Below are positions 51,990 to 62,843 of a DNA stretch of 64,000 nucleotides, in pieces. The notes beneath the pieces are model-generated. The model was not told the origin of the DNA. It was given only the letters and a program-made list of their open reading frames with translations, and searched no databases. The translations under genes and the position numbers were made by a program. Source of the stretch: an uncultured delta proteobacterium. Lineage in GTDB: Bacteria; Desulfobacterota; Binatia; UBA9968. The stretch spans positions 672,001 to 736,000 of the forward strand of contig CAVYTU010000014.1 in assembly GCA_963771465.1 (NCBI GenBank), in the 5' to 3' direction. Each line of letters starts with the position of its first letter. Position 1 is the stretch's first letter.

Positions 51990-52612
51990 ACCAGTTAATC
52001 GACAACATTCTTGAGCGGCCCAATCTGCAAAAGATCGGCATCCTCGCCGCCACGATTATTCTACTGGCGGCGCTTTATTACAGCTTTCTCTACAGTCCGC
52101 GTTCGGACGAAGTGGCAAAATTGGTCGACAGCGTAGAAATTGCCCGCAACGAGAAAACCGCGAAACAACAGAAAGCGGCGAATTTACCGCGCCTTAAAAA
52201 AGATATTCAACTGTTAGAGATGGAACTTACCAAAGCCATAGCGCAGCTGCCGAACAAGAAAGAAGTTGCCGATCTGCTCAGAACAATTTCGGCCAAAGCC
52301 TCGCAGTCCGGGTTGGACATTTTACTTTTTCGGCCGCGCGCCGAAACGTTTCAGGAGTTTTACGCTGAAGTTCCCGTCGATATCACGGTCAAGGGCAGTT
52401 TTCACAACACCGTCGGCTTCTTCGATGAGGTCGGCCGACTCAACCGCCTGGTTAACATCGATAGCATCGGTTTCAAAAACCCAACCGTCACGGGTGATAA
52501 CGTGATCCTAGAAACCACCAGTGTGGCGACGGCGTTTCGTTTCCTTAATGATGCCGAAAGAAAAAAAGTCGCTGAAGACAAAGCGAAAGCCGCCGCAAAA
52601 GCCAAAAAATAA
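51986..52612 (+). CDS. pilO: Type IV pilus assembly protein PilO
   Basis: TM, QLP...E...LL, FYAEVP, RLVNI. Confidence 0.93.
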   Translation: MNQLIDNILERPNLQKIGILAATIILLAALYYSFLYSPRSDEVAKLVDSVEIARNEKTAKQQKAANLPRLKKDIQLLEMELTKAIAQLPNKKEVADLLRTISAKASQSGLDILLFRPRAETFQEFYAEVPVDITVKGSFHNTVGFFDEVGRLNRLVNIDSIGFKNPTVTGDNVILETTSVATAFRFLNDAERKKVAEDKAKAAAKAKK

Positions 52613-52618
52613 TCGGCC

Positions 52619-53248
52619 ATGACGAGATCCCTCGAACTTTGCTGTGTGTTGGTTTTTTCGCTCGCGTTGGGCGCGAGTGGATTGTCGTCGGCTCAGGAGC
52701 CGCTGCAGACGCCGTCGGAAAGAACCAAAGACGCGGTCGACAAATTCAACAACGCGCCATCGGGGATCGGTAAATCGCTGCAGGGCCTCCGCGACGCTGC
52801 TAAAGAGCGGCTTCAACAATCTATGGGCAGCAAGAAGAGTAAGACCGAGGCGAAAGCCGAACCTGTCGATTTGAATTTGCCCAAGAAGCTCCCTGACGCG
52901 ACCCCGCCTGCCGTAACTCTAAAGGAAGGTAGCCGGGATCCGTTTCGACCCATGACGCTTCGAGCAAAGGTTGTGAGCCGAAATCGAGAGAATCTTTCGC
53001 CCCTCGAACGGCTTGATTTAGGTCAGTTGAAAATCGTCGGCATCGTCTGGGATATCAAGGAGCCAAGAGCGATGGTCGAAGACACGTCAGGGCTTGGCTA
53101 CACCGTCAAAGTCGGTACGCCCATCGGCAGTAACGATGGCAAGGTGAAAGCGATTCATCGAAACCAGATTATCATCGAAGAAATATCTGCCGATGTTTAT
53201 GGCCAGCGAAAATCGCGCGATGTGAGCATGAAGCTGGCAACGGATTAA
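52619..53248 (+). CDS. pilP: Type IV pilus assembly protein PilP
   Basis: RDPFRP, SPLE..DL.QLKIVGIVW, G..IG.N.G. Confidence 0.9.
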   Translation: MTRSLELCCVLVFSLALGASGLSSAQEPLQTPSERTKDAVDKFNNAPSGIGKSLQGLRDAAKERLQQSMGSKKSKTEAKAEPVDLNLPKKLPDATPPAVTLKEGSRDPFRPMTLRAKVVSRNRENLSPLERLDLGQLKIVGIVWDIKEPRAMVEDTSGLGYTVKVGTPIGSNDGKVKAIHRNQIIIEEISADVYGQRKSRDVSMKLATD

Positions 53249-53277
53249 CGAGCATTATAGAAACGAGGAACTTCCTC

Positions 53278-55269
53278 ATGAATCGTCGCCGAAAAGGCAG
53301 CCACGAAGTAGGCAAAGTCGTATCATCGCTGTGTTTGAAGATTGCGGTTGCCTGCGCCGTCAGTGTTATGGGTTGCGCCGTGAACAATGAGACGCCGTCG
53401 AAGCCAACCTCGGCTCCGGCAGCAACGCCCCAGAGCGCGCCCGCCGCGCAAGCGGCCGCAACGGCCAGCACGGCTACGGCAAGCCAAAACTTGCAAGAGC
53501 TGATCGTCCGAGAAGAACGCGGTCAAACAACCTTATTGGTTAAATTCAATCGGCCGGTAACCCAATATCGCCATTTTCCACTGCCGCAGCCTGCGCGCGT
53601 CGTCTTGGACATTACGGGCGAAAACAAAGCTCACTCATCGACAGACACGTTTCGTATCGATACTAGCATTGTCTCTGCCCTGCGAATTTCCGCCGGCGAG
53701 AATAATCTACGCTTGGTGATGGAAATCGCCGCCGCAACGGCGCCCGCTTATACCATCTCGCAAGAAGACGGCGGGGTTAAGATCGTCATTGGTGCAGTGG
53801 ACGCCAATGCCAACGCGAAGAAAAATGTGATGTTGGTCAAGGACGGTCAACGGCTTGATACGCGTAGCGCGCAAACGTCGGCGCCATCGAATGCAGACGG
53901 TAAAAACCAGCCGACAGTGAGTGAGGATCGGTTGACCGCCGACAAGACTTTCACCGGTCAAAAGATTTCGCTGGACTTTAAGGACGCCGATATCAAGAAC
54001 GTTTTTCGCTTGCTCTCAGAAGTCAGCGGTTTAAATATCGTGGTTACCGCGGACGTGAACCGCCGCGTAACCTTGCGTCTTGTCGAAGTGCCGTGGGATC
54101 AAGCGATGGATCTGATCATTTCGACCAATGGTCTGGACAAGGAGCAGATTGGTAACGTCGTGCGAATTTCGACGGCGGGCGCGTTGAAGACTGAGAAAGA
54201 CGCTCTCATCGCCGCCAAGAAGTCTAAAGAAGACTTTGAACCGCTACTGACGACATACTTCAACGTCAATTACGCCAAGGCGAAGGACTTGGAACCGAAG
54301 ATCAAGTCCTTGATGAGCAAACGCACGGACAGTGCGCTGGTCATCGACGACCGAAGCAACACCGTCATGGTTCGTGACGTCCAGAGATCAATGGAAGACG
54401 TGAACGCGTTAGTGTCGAAGCTTGATACGCGCACGCCTCAGGTCCAGATCGAGTCGAATCTCATCGAAACTACGCCGACTTTCTCGCGGGCCCTTGGCAT
54501 AGAAATGGAAGCCTTGTTCAACAATGGCCGTGTACGCGGCAGTGATAGATTTATTGCTGGTACCCCCTTTGTTGGCGGTCCCCAGCCACCGCCAGCAGTC
54601 AATCAATTAGTCATTCCGACTACCGGCTTCCGCTGGGGATATTTTGGGAACAATATTACGAGCATCTTGTCTGCTGCCGAGGCCGAAGGTAACGTCAAAA
54701 TTATTTCTCGTCCCTCGGTTGTGACACTTAACAATGTCGAATCTACAATTGAAAGTGCGCGCATTATTAGAATAAGAACCACAGCTGCAACTGTAGGCGA
54801 GGCCGGAAGCCTCCGAGAGATCCGGGCGGGGATAACTTTGAAAGTCACACCTCAGGTGTCCGTTGACGGCTTCGTCTTGCTCAATATTGCAGTCAAGTCC
54901 AGTACCCTGGATTTCGCTAATGCGGTCGAGAATATCCCGGCGGAGAATACACGGGAAGCCAAGGCAAACGTCCTCGTGCGAGACGGTGAGACGGTTGTTA
55001 TTGGCGGGATATTAAAGGATACGAGTTCTAATTCGGATACCGGCGTTCCATATTTGAAAGATGTTCCAGTTCTCGGCTGGCTTTTTAGGAAGTCGTCATG
55101 GGAGAAAAATTTTGAGGAGCTCGTCGTCTTCATAACCCCGAGAATTATGGGGGCGGGCTCGGAAAATCTTCCAACCGCAGAGCAGATATGGCGCGACCAA
55201 ATGAAACAAACCGACGGAACGGCTCCGCTCAATACATCACAGCAGTCGAGAAACCCTAGCCTCCCCTAA
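53278..55269 (+). CDS. pilQ: Type IV pilus secretin PilQ
   Basis: AMIN domain, FTGQKISLDFKDADI, QVQIES, GITLKVTPQ, DGETVVIGG, VPYL..VP.LGWLF. Confidence 0.95.
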   Translation: MNRRRKGSHEVGKVVSSLCLKIAVACAVSVMGCAVNNETPSKPTSAPAATPQSAPAAQAAATASTATASQNLQELIVREERGQTTLLVKFNRPVTQYRHFPLPQPARVVLDITGENKAHSSTDTFRIDTSIVSALRISAGENNLRLVMEIAAATAPAYTISQEDGGVKIVIGAVDANANAKKNVMLVKDGQRLDTRSAQTSAPSNADGKNQPTVSEDRLTADKTFTGQKISLDFKDADIKNVFRLLSEVSGLNIVVTADVNRRVTLRLVEVPWDQAMDLIISTNGLDKEQIGNVVRISTAGALKTEKDALIAAKKSKEDFEPLLTTYFNVNYAKAKDLEPKIKSLMSKRTDSALVIDDRSNTVMVRDVQRSMEDVNALVSKLDTRTPQVQIESNLIETTPTFSRALGIEMEALFNNGRVRGSDRFIAGTPFVGGPQPPPAVNQLVIPTTGFRWGYFGNNITSILSAAEAEGNVKIISRPSVVTLNNVESTIESARIIRIRTTAATVGEAGSLREIRAGITLKVTPQVSVDGFVLLNIAVKSSTLDFANAVENIPAENTREAKANVLVRDGETVVIGGILKDTSSNSDTGVPYLKDVPVLGWLFRKSSWEKNFEELVVFITPRIMGAGSENLPTAEQIWRDQMKQTDGTAPLNTSQQSRNPSLP

Positions 55270-55292
55270 TTTAATGAGGTAGGATACCCCGC

Positions 55293-56489
55293 ATGTTGCG
55301 TTACTTCACGGCGGGAGAATCCCATGGTCCGTGCCTGACCATGATCATCGACGGTATTCCTGCCGGGTTTCCCATTGCCATCGATAAGATCAATCACGAC
55401 CTTTGGCGCCGCCAACAGGGTTATGGCCGGGGCGGGCGCATGCTTATCGAAAAAGACGAGGCAACCGTGCGCTCGGGGATCCGTTGGGGCGAGACGATGG
55501 GCTCGCCGGTCGCGTTGGGCATCGAAAACCGCGATTGGAAAAACTGGACGACTAAAATGTCGCCAAATCCCGAGGATCGGGATGACAAAATCGCGGTGAC
55601 CAAACCTCGGCCGGGTCACGCCGATCTGAACGGCGTGCTTAAATACGACCGCGCCGATATTCGCGATATCCTCGAACGAGCGAGCGCCCGGGAAACCGTT
55701 GCCCGCACCGCTGTCGGTTCTTTCGCTAAACAGTTGCTCGCGCCATTCGGCATCCGCATCATGGGTTATATCCGCTCGCTGGGAAATGTCACGGCCAATC
55801 TCGATGGACTGACTTACAGCGAAACCTTCGAGCGCTCTGAAGAGTCATCGGTACGCACTGCGGATCCGGCTGCCGAAGAAAGAATGATCGCTTTGATCGA
55901 AGAGTGCAAAAAAGAAGGCAACACCCTCGGCGGCGTCTTCGAAGTCGTTACTCTGGGATTACCGCCTGGGTTGGGCTCCCATACGCAATGGGATCGCAAG
56001 CTCGATGGCCGGTTGGCGCAAGCGCTGATGAGCATTCAAGCGATGAAAGGGGTCGAGATCGGTCTCGGCTTCGAAATGGCGCGCCGGCGCGGCTCCCAGG
56101 TTCACGATGAGATTTTCTTCGATCCGACAAAGATGGTGAGCGAAGGCACGCCGCGCATCGTACCCACGGGCTTTTACCGTGGCAGCAACAATTCCGGCGG
56201 CACCGAAGGCGGCATGACCAATGGCTCGCCGTTGGTCGCGCGCGTCGCTATGAAACCGATCTCGACGCTCATGAGTCCGTTGCAGTCGGTCGATATGCGC
56301 TCCAAACAAGCGGCCGATGCATCCGTCGAACGCTCAGATGTCTGCGCCGCGCCGGCCGCCGCGGTAGTCGGCGAATCGGTGGTAGCCTTTGAAGTTGCCA
56401 AAGCGTTTCTCGAAAAGTTTGGCGGCGACTCGCTGCGCGAAATCAAGCGCAATTACGAAAACTATCTCGAGCAGATCAAGAATTACTAG
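55293..56489 (+). CDS. aroC: Chorismate synthase
   Basis: TAGESHG, PRPGHAD, ERASARET, RSDVC. Confidence 0.97.
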   Translation: MLRYFTAGESHGPCLTMIIDGIPAGFPIAIDKINHDLWRRQQGYGRGGRMLIEKDEATVRSGIRWGETMGSPVALGIENRDWKNWTTKMSPNPEDRDDKIAVTKPRPGHADLNGVLKYDRADIRDILERASARETVARTAVGSFAKQLLAPFGIRIMGYIRSLGNVTANLDGLTYSETFERSEESSVRTADPAAEERMIALIEECKKEGNTLGGVFEVVTLGLPPGLGSHTQWDRKLDGRLAQALMSIQAMKGVEIGLGFEMARRRGSQVHDEIFFDPTKMVSEGTPRIVPTGFYRGSNNSGGTEGGMTNGSPLVARVAMKPISTLMSPLQSVDMRSKQAADASVERSDVCAAPAAAVVGESVVAFEVAKAFLEKFGGDSLREIKRNYENYLEQIKNY

Positions 56490-56493
56490 CCCT

Positions 56494-57018
56494 TTGGCAG
56501 CAACCTCGACGCAAAACATCGCGCTCATCGGTTTTATGGCGGTTGGTAAAAGCGCCGTCGGGCGCAACCTCGCCAAACGGCTGCGGCGCCGTTTCGTCGA
56601 CCTGGATCGCATGGTTGAAAAAATCGAAGGCATGAAGGTGCGGGACATTTTCGAGCAAAAGGGCGAAGCCCATTTTCGCCAAGTGGAAAAACAAAGCCTC
56701 GCCGGCGTGCTTCAGCAGGATGGGCAAATTATCGCCACCGGCGGCGGCGTCGTGCTGGACGACGACAACTTAGCGCTGCTAAGGGAGAAAGCGCTTTTGA
56801 TCGGCCTGAGCGCTTCGACCGACACGATACTGAACAGGGTGGGAAGTGGCACTACGAGGCCTTTGCTAAAAGGCACTGACCGGCGGGAGCGGATTGAAGC
56901 GTTAGTCGAATCGCGGGCGGCGCGCTATGCCCAGGCGCATGTGACCATCGCTACCGACGAATTGACATTGGCGCAGGTGGTCGACAAGATCGTCGAGGTC
57001 GTGAACTCCAAGAACTGA
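56494..57018 (+). CDS. aroK: Shikimate kinase
   Basis: IGFMAVGKS, DLD, GE..FR..E, ATGGG, RPL; TTG start inferred. Confidence 0.94.
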   Translation: MAATSTQNIALIGFMAVGKSAVGRNLAKRLRRRFVDLDRMVEKIEGMKVRDIFEQKGEAHFRQVEKQSLAGVLQQDGQIIATGGGVVLDDDNLALLREKALLIGLSASTDTILNRVGSGTTRPLLKGTDRRERIEALVESRAARYAQAHVTIATDELTLAQVVDKIVEVVNSKN

Positions 57019-57021
57019 ACC

Positions 57022-58098
57022 ATGCAAACCCTAAACGTCAATCTCGGCGCGCGATCGTACCCGATTCATATCGGCTCGGGCATCTTGGCGCGTGCGGGTG
57101 AGTTGCTGAACCAGATAGGTCTCAGCGGCAAAGTGGCGATCGTCACCAATCCGACCGTGGCTCAGTTTTATCTCGAGCCGATTCAAGCAGCGCTCAGCAA
57201 AGCCGGCTTCATCGCCGTGCCGATTCTCCTGGCCGACGGTGAAGAGCATAAAAATCTTGCTTCGCTGCAGGCGATCTATGACCGCTTGATCACTGAACGT
57301 TTCGAGCGCAAATCCTGCATTCTTGCGCTCGGCGGCGGCGTTATCGGCGATTTGGCCGGATTGGCCGCGGCGACGTATTTGCGCGGCGTGCCGTACGCGC
57401 AGGTGCCGACAACGTTACTAGCCCACGTGGATTCCAGCGTCGGCGGCAAGACCGGGGTCAATCATGCCGATGGTAAGAATTTGATCGGTGCCTTCTATCA
57501 GCCAAAACTGGTATTGATCGACATCGCCACGCTCAAGACATTGCCGCGCCGCGAACTGGGCGCCGGCTTGGCCGAAGTGATTAAGTACGGTGTGATCGAA
57601 GATGCCGCGTTATTCGGTTTACTCGAAGGACGAATCGACAAGCTGGTCGAGTTGGACAGTGATTTGTTGATTCAGACGATTGCGACGTCATGTGCGATTA
57701 AAGCCAGAGTGGTGGAGGTGGACGAGCGGGAAGACGACTATCGCGCGGTGCTCAACTTCGGCCACACCATCGGTCATGCGCTGGAAGCGGTGACCGGCTA
57801 TACCGAGTTCCTCCACGGCGAAGCGGTTGGCGTCGGCATGGTGAAGGCAGCGGCGCTATCGAAGCGGCACGGGTTCTGCGATCAGAACAGTTTCGATCGC
57901 ATCGTTCGATTGATCGCAAAAGCCGGGCTGCCGACGGAAATTCCCGGCAGGGTTTCGCTGGCGAGCTTGGTGCAAGCGATGGAAGTCGACAAGAAGGCCG
58001 CCGGGGGAAAGATCAAGTTTGTTATGTGCGAAGGGATTGGCAAAACTAGATTTCATCACTTAGCGCCGAGCGAAATCTTGGCGGCGCTGAGCGCATGA
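57022..58098 (+). CDS. aroB: 3-dehydroquinate synthase
   Basis: [36 protein letters not shown]. Confidence 0.97.
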   Translation: MQTLNVNLGARSYPIHIGSGILARAGELLNQIGLSGKVAIVTNPTVAQFYLEPIQAALSKAGFIAVPILLADGEEHKNLASLQAIYDRLITERFERKSCILALGGGVIGDLAGLAAATYLRGVPYAQVPTTLLAHVDSSVGGKTGVNHADGKNLIGAFYQPKLVLIDIATLKTLPRRELGAGLAEVIKYGVIEDAALFGLLEGRIDKLVELDSDLLIQTIATSCAIKARVVEVDEREDDYRAVLNFGHTIGHALEAVTGYTEFLHGEAVGVGMVKAAALSKRHGFCDQNSFDRIVRLIAKAGLPTEIPGRVSLASLVQAMEVDKKAAGGKIKFVMCEGIGKTRFHHLAPSEILAALSA

Positions 58099-58126
58099 TC
58101 GAGGTTTGGCCGGTGGAGGAATGAGG

Positions 58127-58567
58127 ATGGCACAGAGAAAAAAAATTTTGCTGCTCAACGGTCCGAATCTCAATCTATTGGGCACGCGCCAACCGGAAAT
58201 TTACGGCAAATTGACCCTGGTTCAGATCAAAAAAAAGGTCCTCAGTCTGGCCAAAGAACTGGGTGTCGAAGTCGACTTTCGCCAGTCCAATAATGAAGGC
58301 GAGCTGATTACCTGGATTCAGCAGGCCGCCGGGAAATTCGCGGCGCTGATTATCAATCCCGCTGCCTACACCCACACTAGCTTAGCCATGCGCGATGCGA
58401 TTTCAGCGGTCGGTATTCCAACCATCGAGATTCACCTGTCCAACATTCACAAACGCGAGCAGTTTCGCCACCACTCGTTTATCGCCGAGGTGGCGGCGGG
58501 GCAAATCACGGGATTCGGTGCTGACAGCTATCTTTTGGGGCTGCGCGCGGTGGTGGCGCTGGTGTGA
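58127..58567 (+). CDS. aroQ: Type II 3-dehydroquinate dehydratase
   Basis: [34 protein letters not shown]. Confidence 0.96.
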   Translation: MAQRKKILLLNGPNLNLLGTRQPEIYGKLTLVQIKKKVLSLAKELGVEVDFRQSNNEGELITWIQQAAGKFAALIINPAAYTHTSLAMRDAISAVGIPTIEIHLSNIHKREQFRHHSFIAEVAAGQITGFGADSYLLGLRAVVALV

Positions 58568-58582
58568 GCAAACGTTGAATGA

Positions 58583-59284
58583 TTAGTAGGTTCCCGTCGG
58601 GATGTTCTTGCTCTTCATTTCTTGAATTAGACTGTCCCGCTCTTTTTGCAAAATATCAATCTGGATTCTCATGTCGCTGAGCTCTTTTTGTTTGGGTGTA
58701 TAAACTGGGTTTTCGTACCCTTGCATAGGCGGAGTCCCTGAAGGCCCGCCGCCTCCTGGTACCTTCTGGGAATCGCGAATTCTCGAGCCGAAATCCGCTA
58801 TCCAGCCTTGAAAGCCTTCCTTGCTGACATTCGACAAGCTTCCTCCACCCTGGGTGGCGTTCAAATACTCTTCTTTGGCGGCTTCTAGTTTTTGTGTCGT
58901 GTCAGCAAGTCGCTTTTGATATTCCTTTTCCTCTCCACTGGGGACTCGTGATGACTCTCTCGGACTCGACGTCTGTGACGCGTCGCGAGTTGGCGTCGGA
59001 GTTGGCTTTGGCGGGGCGGTTGCAGCTGGCCGGGATGATTCTAACTCGGATATGTTAAGGCCCGGACGATCGCTTTCCCCAGGCTTCAAAATCGCCTGTA
59101 TTTGATCCTTTGGGATGGCGATCTCACCGCCAAGGCCGGTGAATCTTATCATTGAACCATCCACGCGATAGCTTTGTACCGTGATTTGGCGTCCATTCTT
59201 TAAAACTAGAACAGATTGCGCTTCAACCAGAGGACACCACCAGACGATACTGAGAGCCACGGCAACCAATGTCCATTTCATCAT
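58583..59284 (-). CDS. Hypothetical exported protein (small beta domain, Pro/Ser linker, coiled coil)
   Basis: Signal peptide MMKWTLVAV...VEA; LVLKNGRQI beta domain; PPKPTPTP linker. Confidence 0.75.
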   Translation of the reverse strand: MMKWTLVAVALSIVWWCPLVEAQSVLVLKNGRQITVQSYRVDGSMIRFTGLGGEIAIPKDQIQAILKPGESDRPGLNISELESSRPAATAPPKPTPTPTRDASQTSSPRESSRVPSGEEKEYQKRLADTTQKLEAAKEEYLNATQGGGSLSNVSKEGFQGWIADFGSRIRDSQKVPGGGGPSGTPPMQGYENPVYTPKQKELSDMRIQIDILQKERDSLIQEMKSKNIPTGTY

Positions 59285-59399
59285 ACCGTAAGTATAGCAT
59301 GAGGCCGATTCTGCGGAACACCATTGATTTGCCCTTCTGGTTCCGGGCTTTTGCCGCCGAGCTAAAAATGTTAGCGTTTGGGCGTCTAACGAAACGGTT

Positions 59400-60652
59400 A
59401 TGATAAGACGTTTACATCGATTATTTGCACTGTGGTTTTTCGGCTTCGGCATATTGCCTGCCTGGGTTGGTGCAGCTGAGCCGCGCGTGCAAATTCTCTC
59501 GCCCAAAGACGGCAGCCGTATCAGCCAGGATCAAAATTCCATTTTCGTCAGCGGCAAGGTCGCACGTGATGGCGGCCGATCGGCGAACGTTGATATATTC
59601 CTGGTGATCGATGTTTCCGGCAGCACGTTAATGTACGCCGGGATGAATCTTGGCGAGGCTGATCAGCCGCCGGATAGTTCCGGTTTTGGCATGCCGCAGA
59701 TTACCATCGGCGGCATGAGCATCGGTAAACCACCGGTGCGCAACCTGCGCAATTCGATTCTCGCCGCGGAAGTGGCCGCGTCGCGTCGCTTGCTGCTCCA
59801 GCTCAATTCGCAAACCACGCGTGTCGGCGTGCTGACATTCAGTGAAGGCGCGAAGCTCATGCAGCCGCTTACCCAGGACTTTGATCAAGTTCGACGCATC
59901 CTTGACGACATTCTGCGCGCCGGACCTTACGGCGGGACGAATATGGTCGAAGGCATCCGCATGGCCATCACCGAACTCATGGGTCTGGGCACCAGCCAGA
60001 GGCGCACCGATGCGGTTAAGGTCCAGTTTCTTTTGACCGACGGTTTTCCATCGCTGCCCATCGGTGGCGGCAAGCGAGCGGCGCCAGAAGATACCGATCT
60101 CGCCATCAATGCGGCGCAGGTCTGGCAGGCCGGGCTGGTATCAAAGTTCACGTATTTGCACTCGGCGAAGAGGCACTCACTTATCCGCGCGCCGCGGTTG
60201 GCATCGCCCAAGAGAGCGGCGGGACCTACACACCAGTGGTGCGACCGGCGGATGTGCTCGCCGCGGTGGAGAACATATCGGCAGTAGGTGTCGATTTCGT
60301 GCAGGTGGTCAACCAGACGATGGGCCAGCGGGCGACGCAGATTCGTTTGGCGGCGGATGGATTTTTTTCCTCAGCCGTGCCGGTGGTCGAAGGGCGAAAT
60401 CAAATCGACGTCATCGCTCGTGCCAGCGATGGCTCTACCGGTCGCGATACGATCACGGTGATCTATCAGTCGGGAAACCAGAAGTCTTTGGAGTTGGAAG
60501 TTTTCCTCGAACGGGAAAGAAAGCTTAAACTCGAAGTCGAACGCTTAGGTCGCAGCCCGGCTGAGATTCAGCGCGAAGTCGAGCGCAATCGTGAGGATGG
60601 ATTGCGCCGGCCGCAACAGTTGCCGCCGCCCACCGATGGGCCGCCGCGTTAA
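59400..60652 (+). pseudogene. Secreted VWA-domain/Ig-like protein, frameshifted at ~60118
   Basis: MIDAS DVSGS/GGTN/TDG; after NAA the VWA sequence continues in another frame as LAGRAGIKVHVFALG...SGGTYTPVVRPAD into ORF 60236-60652. Confidence 0.8.
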
Positions 60653-60676
60653 GATTCTCATTTCACGATTTTTCGC

Positions 60677-61099
60677 TTAGCGCGCTTTTCGCTCGGCTTC
60701 GGCGGCGATGGCGATTTCGCTGGCGCCGGCGCGCTTGATGATCGACATCACTTTGACCGTGTCGCCCAAGAGCACGTCTTTATCGCCGCGCAGAATCACG
60801 GTCTTATCCGAGCTGGTGCTCAAAGCCTCTTGCAGGGTTTTTTCCAAACTGTCTTCGCTGACTTTTTTCTGATTGACGAAGATTTCATGTTTCGGCGTTA
60901 GGGTGACTGTGGTGCCGCGCGACTCGGTTCGCGTCGCCACCGCCTTTGGCAGATTGATCTTGCCGCCGGACTCGATCATCGCCGAGCTGGTGATCATGAA
61001 GATGATCAGCAGGACAAGAAAAATATCGGTCAGCGGCGTGATGTTGATCTCGGCGACGATGTCGGAACTATCCTCGCCGCCAAGCGGTGTCATAGCCAT
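60677..61099 (-). CDS. ExbD/TolR-family biopolymer transporter
   Basis: EINITPLTDIFLVLLIIFM with the conserved TM Asp; LRGDK. Confidence 0.93.
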   Translation of the reverse strand: MAMTPLGGEDSSDIVAEINITPLTDIFLVLLIIFMITSSAMIESGGKINLPKAVATRTESRGTTVTLTPKHEIFVNQKKVSEDSLEKTLQEALSTSSDKTVILRGDKDVLLGDTVKVMSIIKRAGASEIAIAAEAERKAR

Positions 61100-61108
61100 A
61101 AGATTCCC

Positions 61109-61735
61109 TCAAACTAACGCGTTTTGCAGAACTTTGGCGATTTGGATACGGAGCAAACCGGTAAGACTGGCAATCCGGGTTTGAAAATAATTGTAAAACA
61201 CGACGGCGACAATGGCTACGGCGAGGCCCAATGCGGTGGCCACCAGCGCCTCAGAAATTCCCGCGGCGACCACGGCAAACCCGCCGGTGCCGGCTACCGC
61301 CATGCTTTCAAAAGAGCGGATGATGCCAATGACGGTACCGAGCAGACCGATGAAGGGCGCGCTACTGGCAACCGTGCCAAGTATCCATAGATGTTTCTTC
61401 AGCTTCTGGGTCTCCTCGAACATCGCTTCGGTGGCGATGCTGCTGGCTAGCTCAGGCCGCGACGTTGTGTCGTGATTGAGAATGTTAAGAAAAATCCTTC
61501 CCACCGGCCATTCGGAGTTTTGTTTGCAAATGACGATGGCCAAATCGCGCTGTCCTTTTTTGAGCGGCTCCAATAGCGACTCGGTGATCTTCAGCGTCAC
61601 CGAGCTCATGTTTCTCAGCGACCAGAGCCGTTCGAACACGACGGTGACGCTGATGATCGACAAAAGTATGAGCGGATAGGTGGCGATGGCGCCTTGATGG
61701 ATGATAGTGATTAGATCGAGACCTTGAGGTTGCAT
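61109..61735 (-). CDS. ExbB/TolQ/MotA-family proton channel
   Basis: APFIGLLGTV.GII..F, GISEALVATALGL.VAI. Confidence 0.93.
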   Translation of the reverse strand: MQPQGLDLITIIHQGAIATYPLILLSIISVTVVFERLWSLRNMSSVTLKITESLLEPLKKGQRDLAIVICKQNSEWPVGRIFLNILNHDTTSRPELASSIATEAMFEETQKLKKHLWILGTVASSAPFIGLLGTVIGIIRSFESMAVAGTGGFAVVAAGISEALVATALGLAVAIVAVVFYNYFQTRIASLTGLLRIQIAKVLQNALV

Positions 61736-61806
61736 GGCAGACCTTTCCTGTTACTCGAACGAAGATACTCAAATTGAAAATTAATTCAATGAAACGAGAA
61801 CCGAAA

Positions 61807-62841
61807 CTAGCCGCGCACGCGAATAGCGACTTCGAAGCGGAGGATCATCGGCTCGTTGGCGAGATCTTTCAAACTTTCCGGCATCGCTGGGAACGGCGAT
61901 GCGCGTCTGATCGCCTCGAGAGCGCTGGCGTTCAGTCGCGCGTCGGATGATTCCATCACTTCCGAGAGCGTCAATTTACCGGCACGGTCGAGGGCGAAAC
62001 GGATGGCGACCCTTTGCACGCCAGTCACATTGTCGGGATATTTCCAGACCGACTCGACGCGCTTTTTGAGTTGATTTAAGTAACTGCCGTAATCCGCTGC
62101 TGGTATTCCCTTGAGTCCCGTTGTGCCGCCGCCACCGGTGCCGGCTCCAGTTCCGCCGCCGGCAAGCCCGGTGCCGCTTCGACTGCCGCCCGGCACACCG
62201 TAAGCGCCGGTGTTTGTGCCGCTGCCCTTGAGCGCGCCGGGAATTTGCGGCCCTTCTTTCAAAGCCTTGATCCCTGGGCTGTCGCCAGCACCTTTCAACG
62301 CGGCCAAGCTTCTTTGGGCTTCGAGATCGGTGGCAGCATTGGCGGGGAGATTGGTTGCGCGTTCTTTCGTCGGCAGCTGAACCAAGGAGTCCGGCGAGGT
62401 TTCTTTGGCGTTGACCGATTCCTGGCGCGTCTCCATCGCCAACACTTTCGGTCCGGGCAGGGCGATTGGTTTTGGCGCGGGTGGTGTTTCGACATTCGCT
62501 GGCACCGGCGTTGGCGTTGGCACTGAACTTTCCAATGAGCCGCTGTCTAGTTTTCCCGTTCGTTGCACAGGTGGAATCGGCACGCCGAGTTTGGGCAGTT
62601 CGCGCGGACCGGCCGCGCCTTTTCCTGTGCCGATGCTCTTCGTATCTGCGCCGCTGCGCACTTCCATCAGTTGAACCGAAATCGGCGGATCGGGCTCGAC
62701 CTTAGGCAGCGAAAAAGTTGCCGTCTTTAGGGCGACCAATAATAGCAGACCGTGAAACAGCAGGGAGGGAATTAAAAACGGACTGCGGAAGAGGGAACCA
62801 AGCTCCGGCTCTGCCCAGTCGAAGGTCGAATGGTCGAGCAT
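61807..62841 (-). CDS. TonB/TolA-family energy transducer
   Basis: TM anchor with SLLFH, Pro- and Gly-rich linker, C-terminal YLNQLKKRVESVW..P...ESS.D..L...A..AIRRASPFP. Confidence 0.88.
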   Translation of the reverse strand: MLDHSTFDWAEPELGSLFRSPFLIPSLLFHGLLLLVALKTATFSLPKVEPDPPISVQLMEVRSGADTKSIGTGKGAAGPRELPKLGVPIPPVQRTGKLDSGSLESSVPTPTPVPANVETPPAPKPIALPGPKVLAMETRQESVNAKETSPDSLVQLPTKERATNLPANAATDLEAQRSLAALKGAGDSPGIKALKEGPQIPGALKGSGTNTGAYGVPGGSRSGTGLAGGGTGAGTGGGGTTGLKGIPAADYGSYLNQLKKRVESVWKYPDNVTGVQRVAIRFALDRAGKLTLSEVMESSDARLNASALEAIRRASPFPAMPESLKDLANEPMILRFEVAIRVRG

Positions 62842-62843
62842 GA

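Noticed and set aside
60677-62841. Calling the cluster canonical tolQRA or the myxobacterial aglRQS motor
   Set aside because: Gene order differs, no tolB-pal follows, there is only one ExbD and no recognisable glt genes; left unassigned
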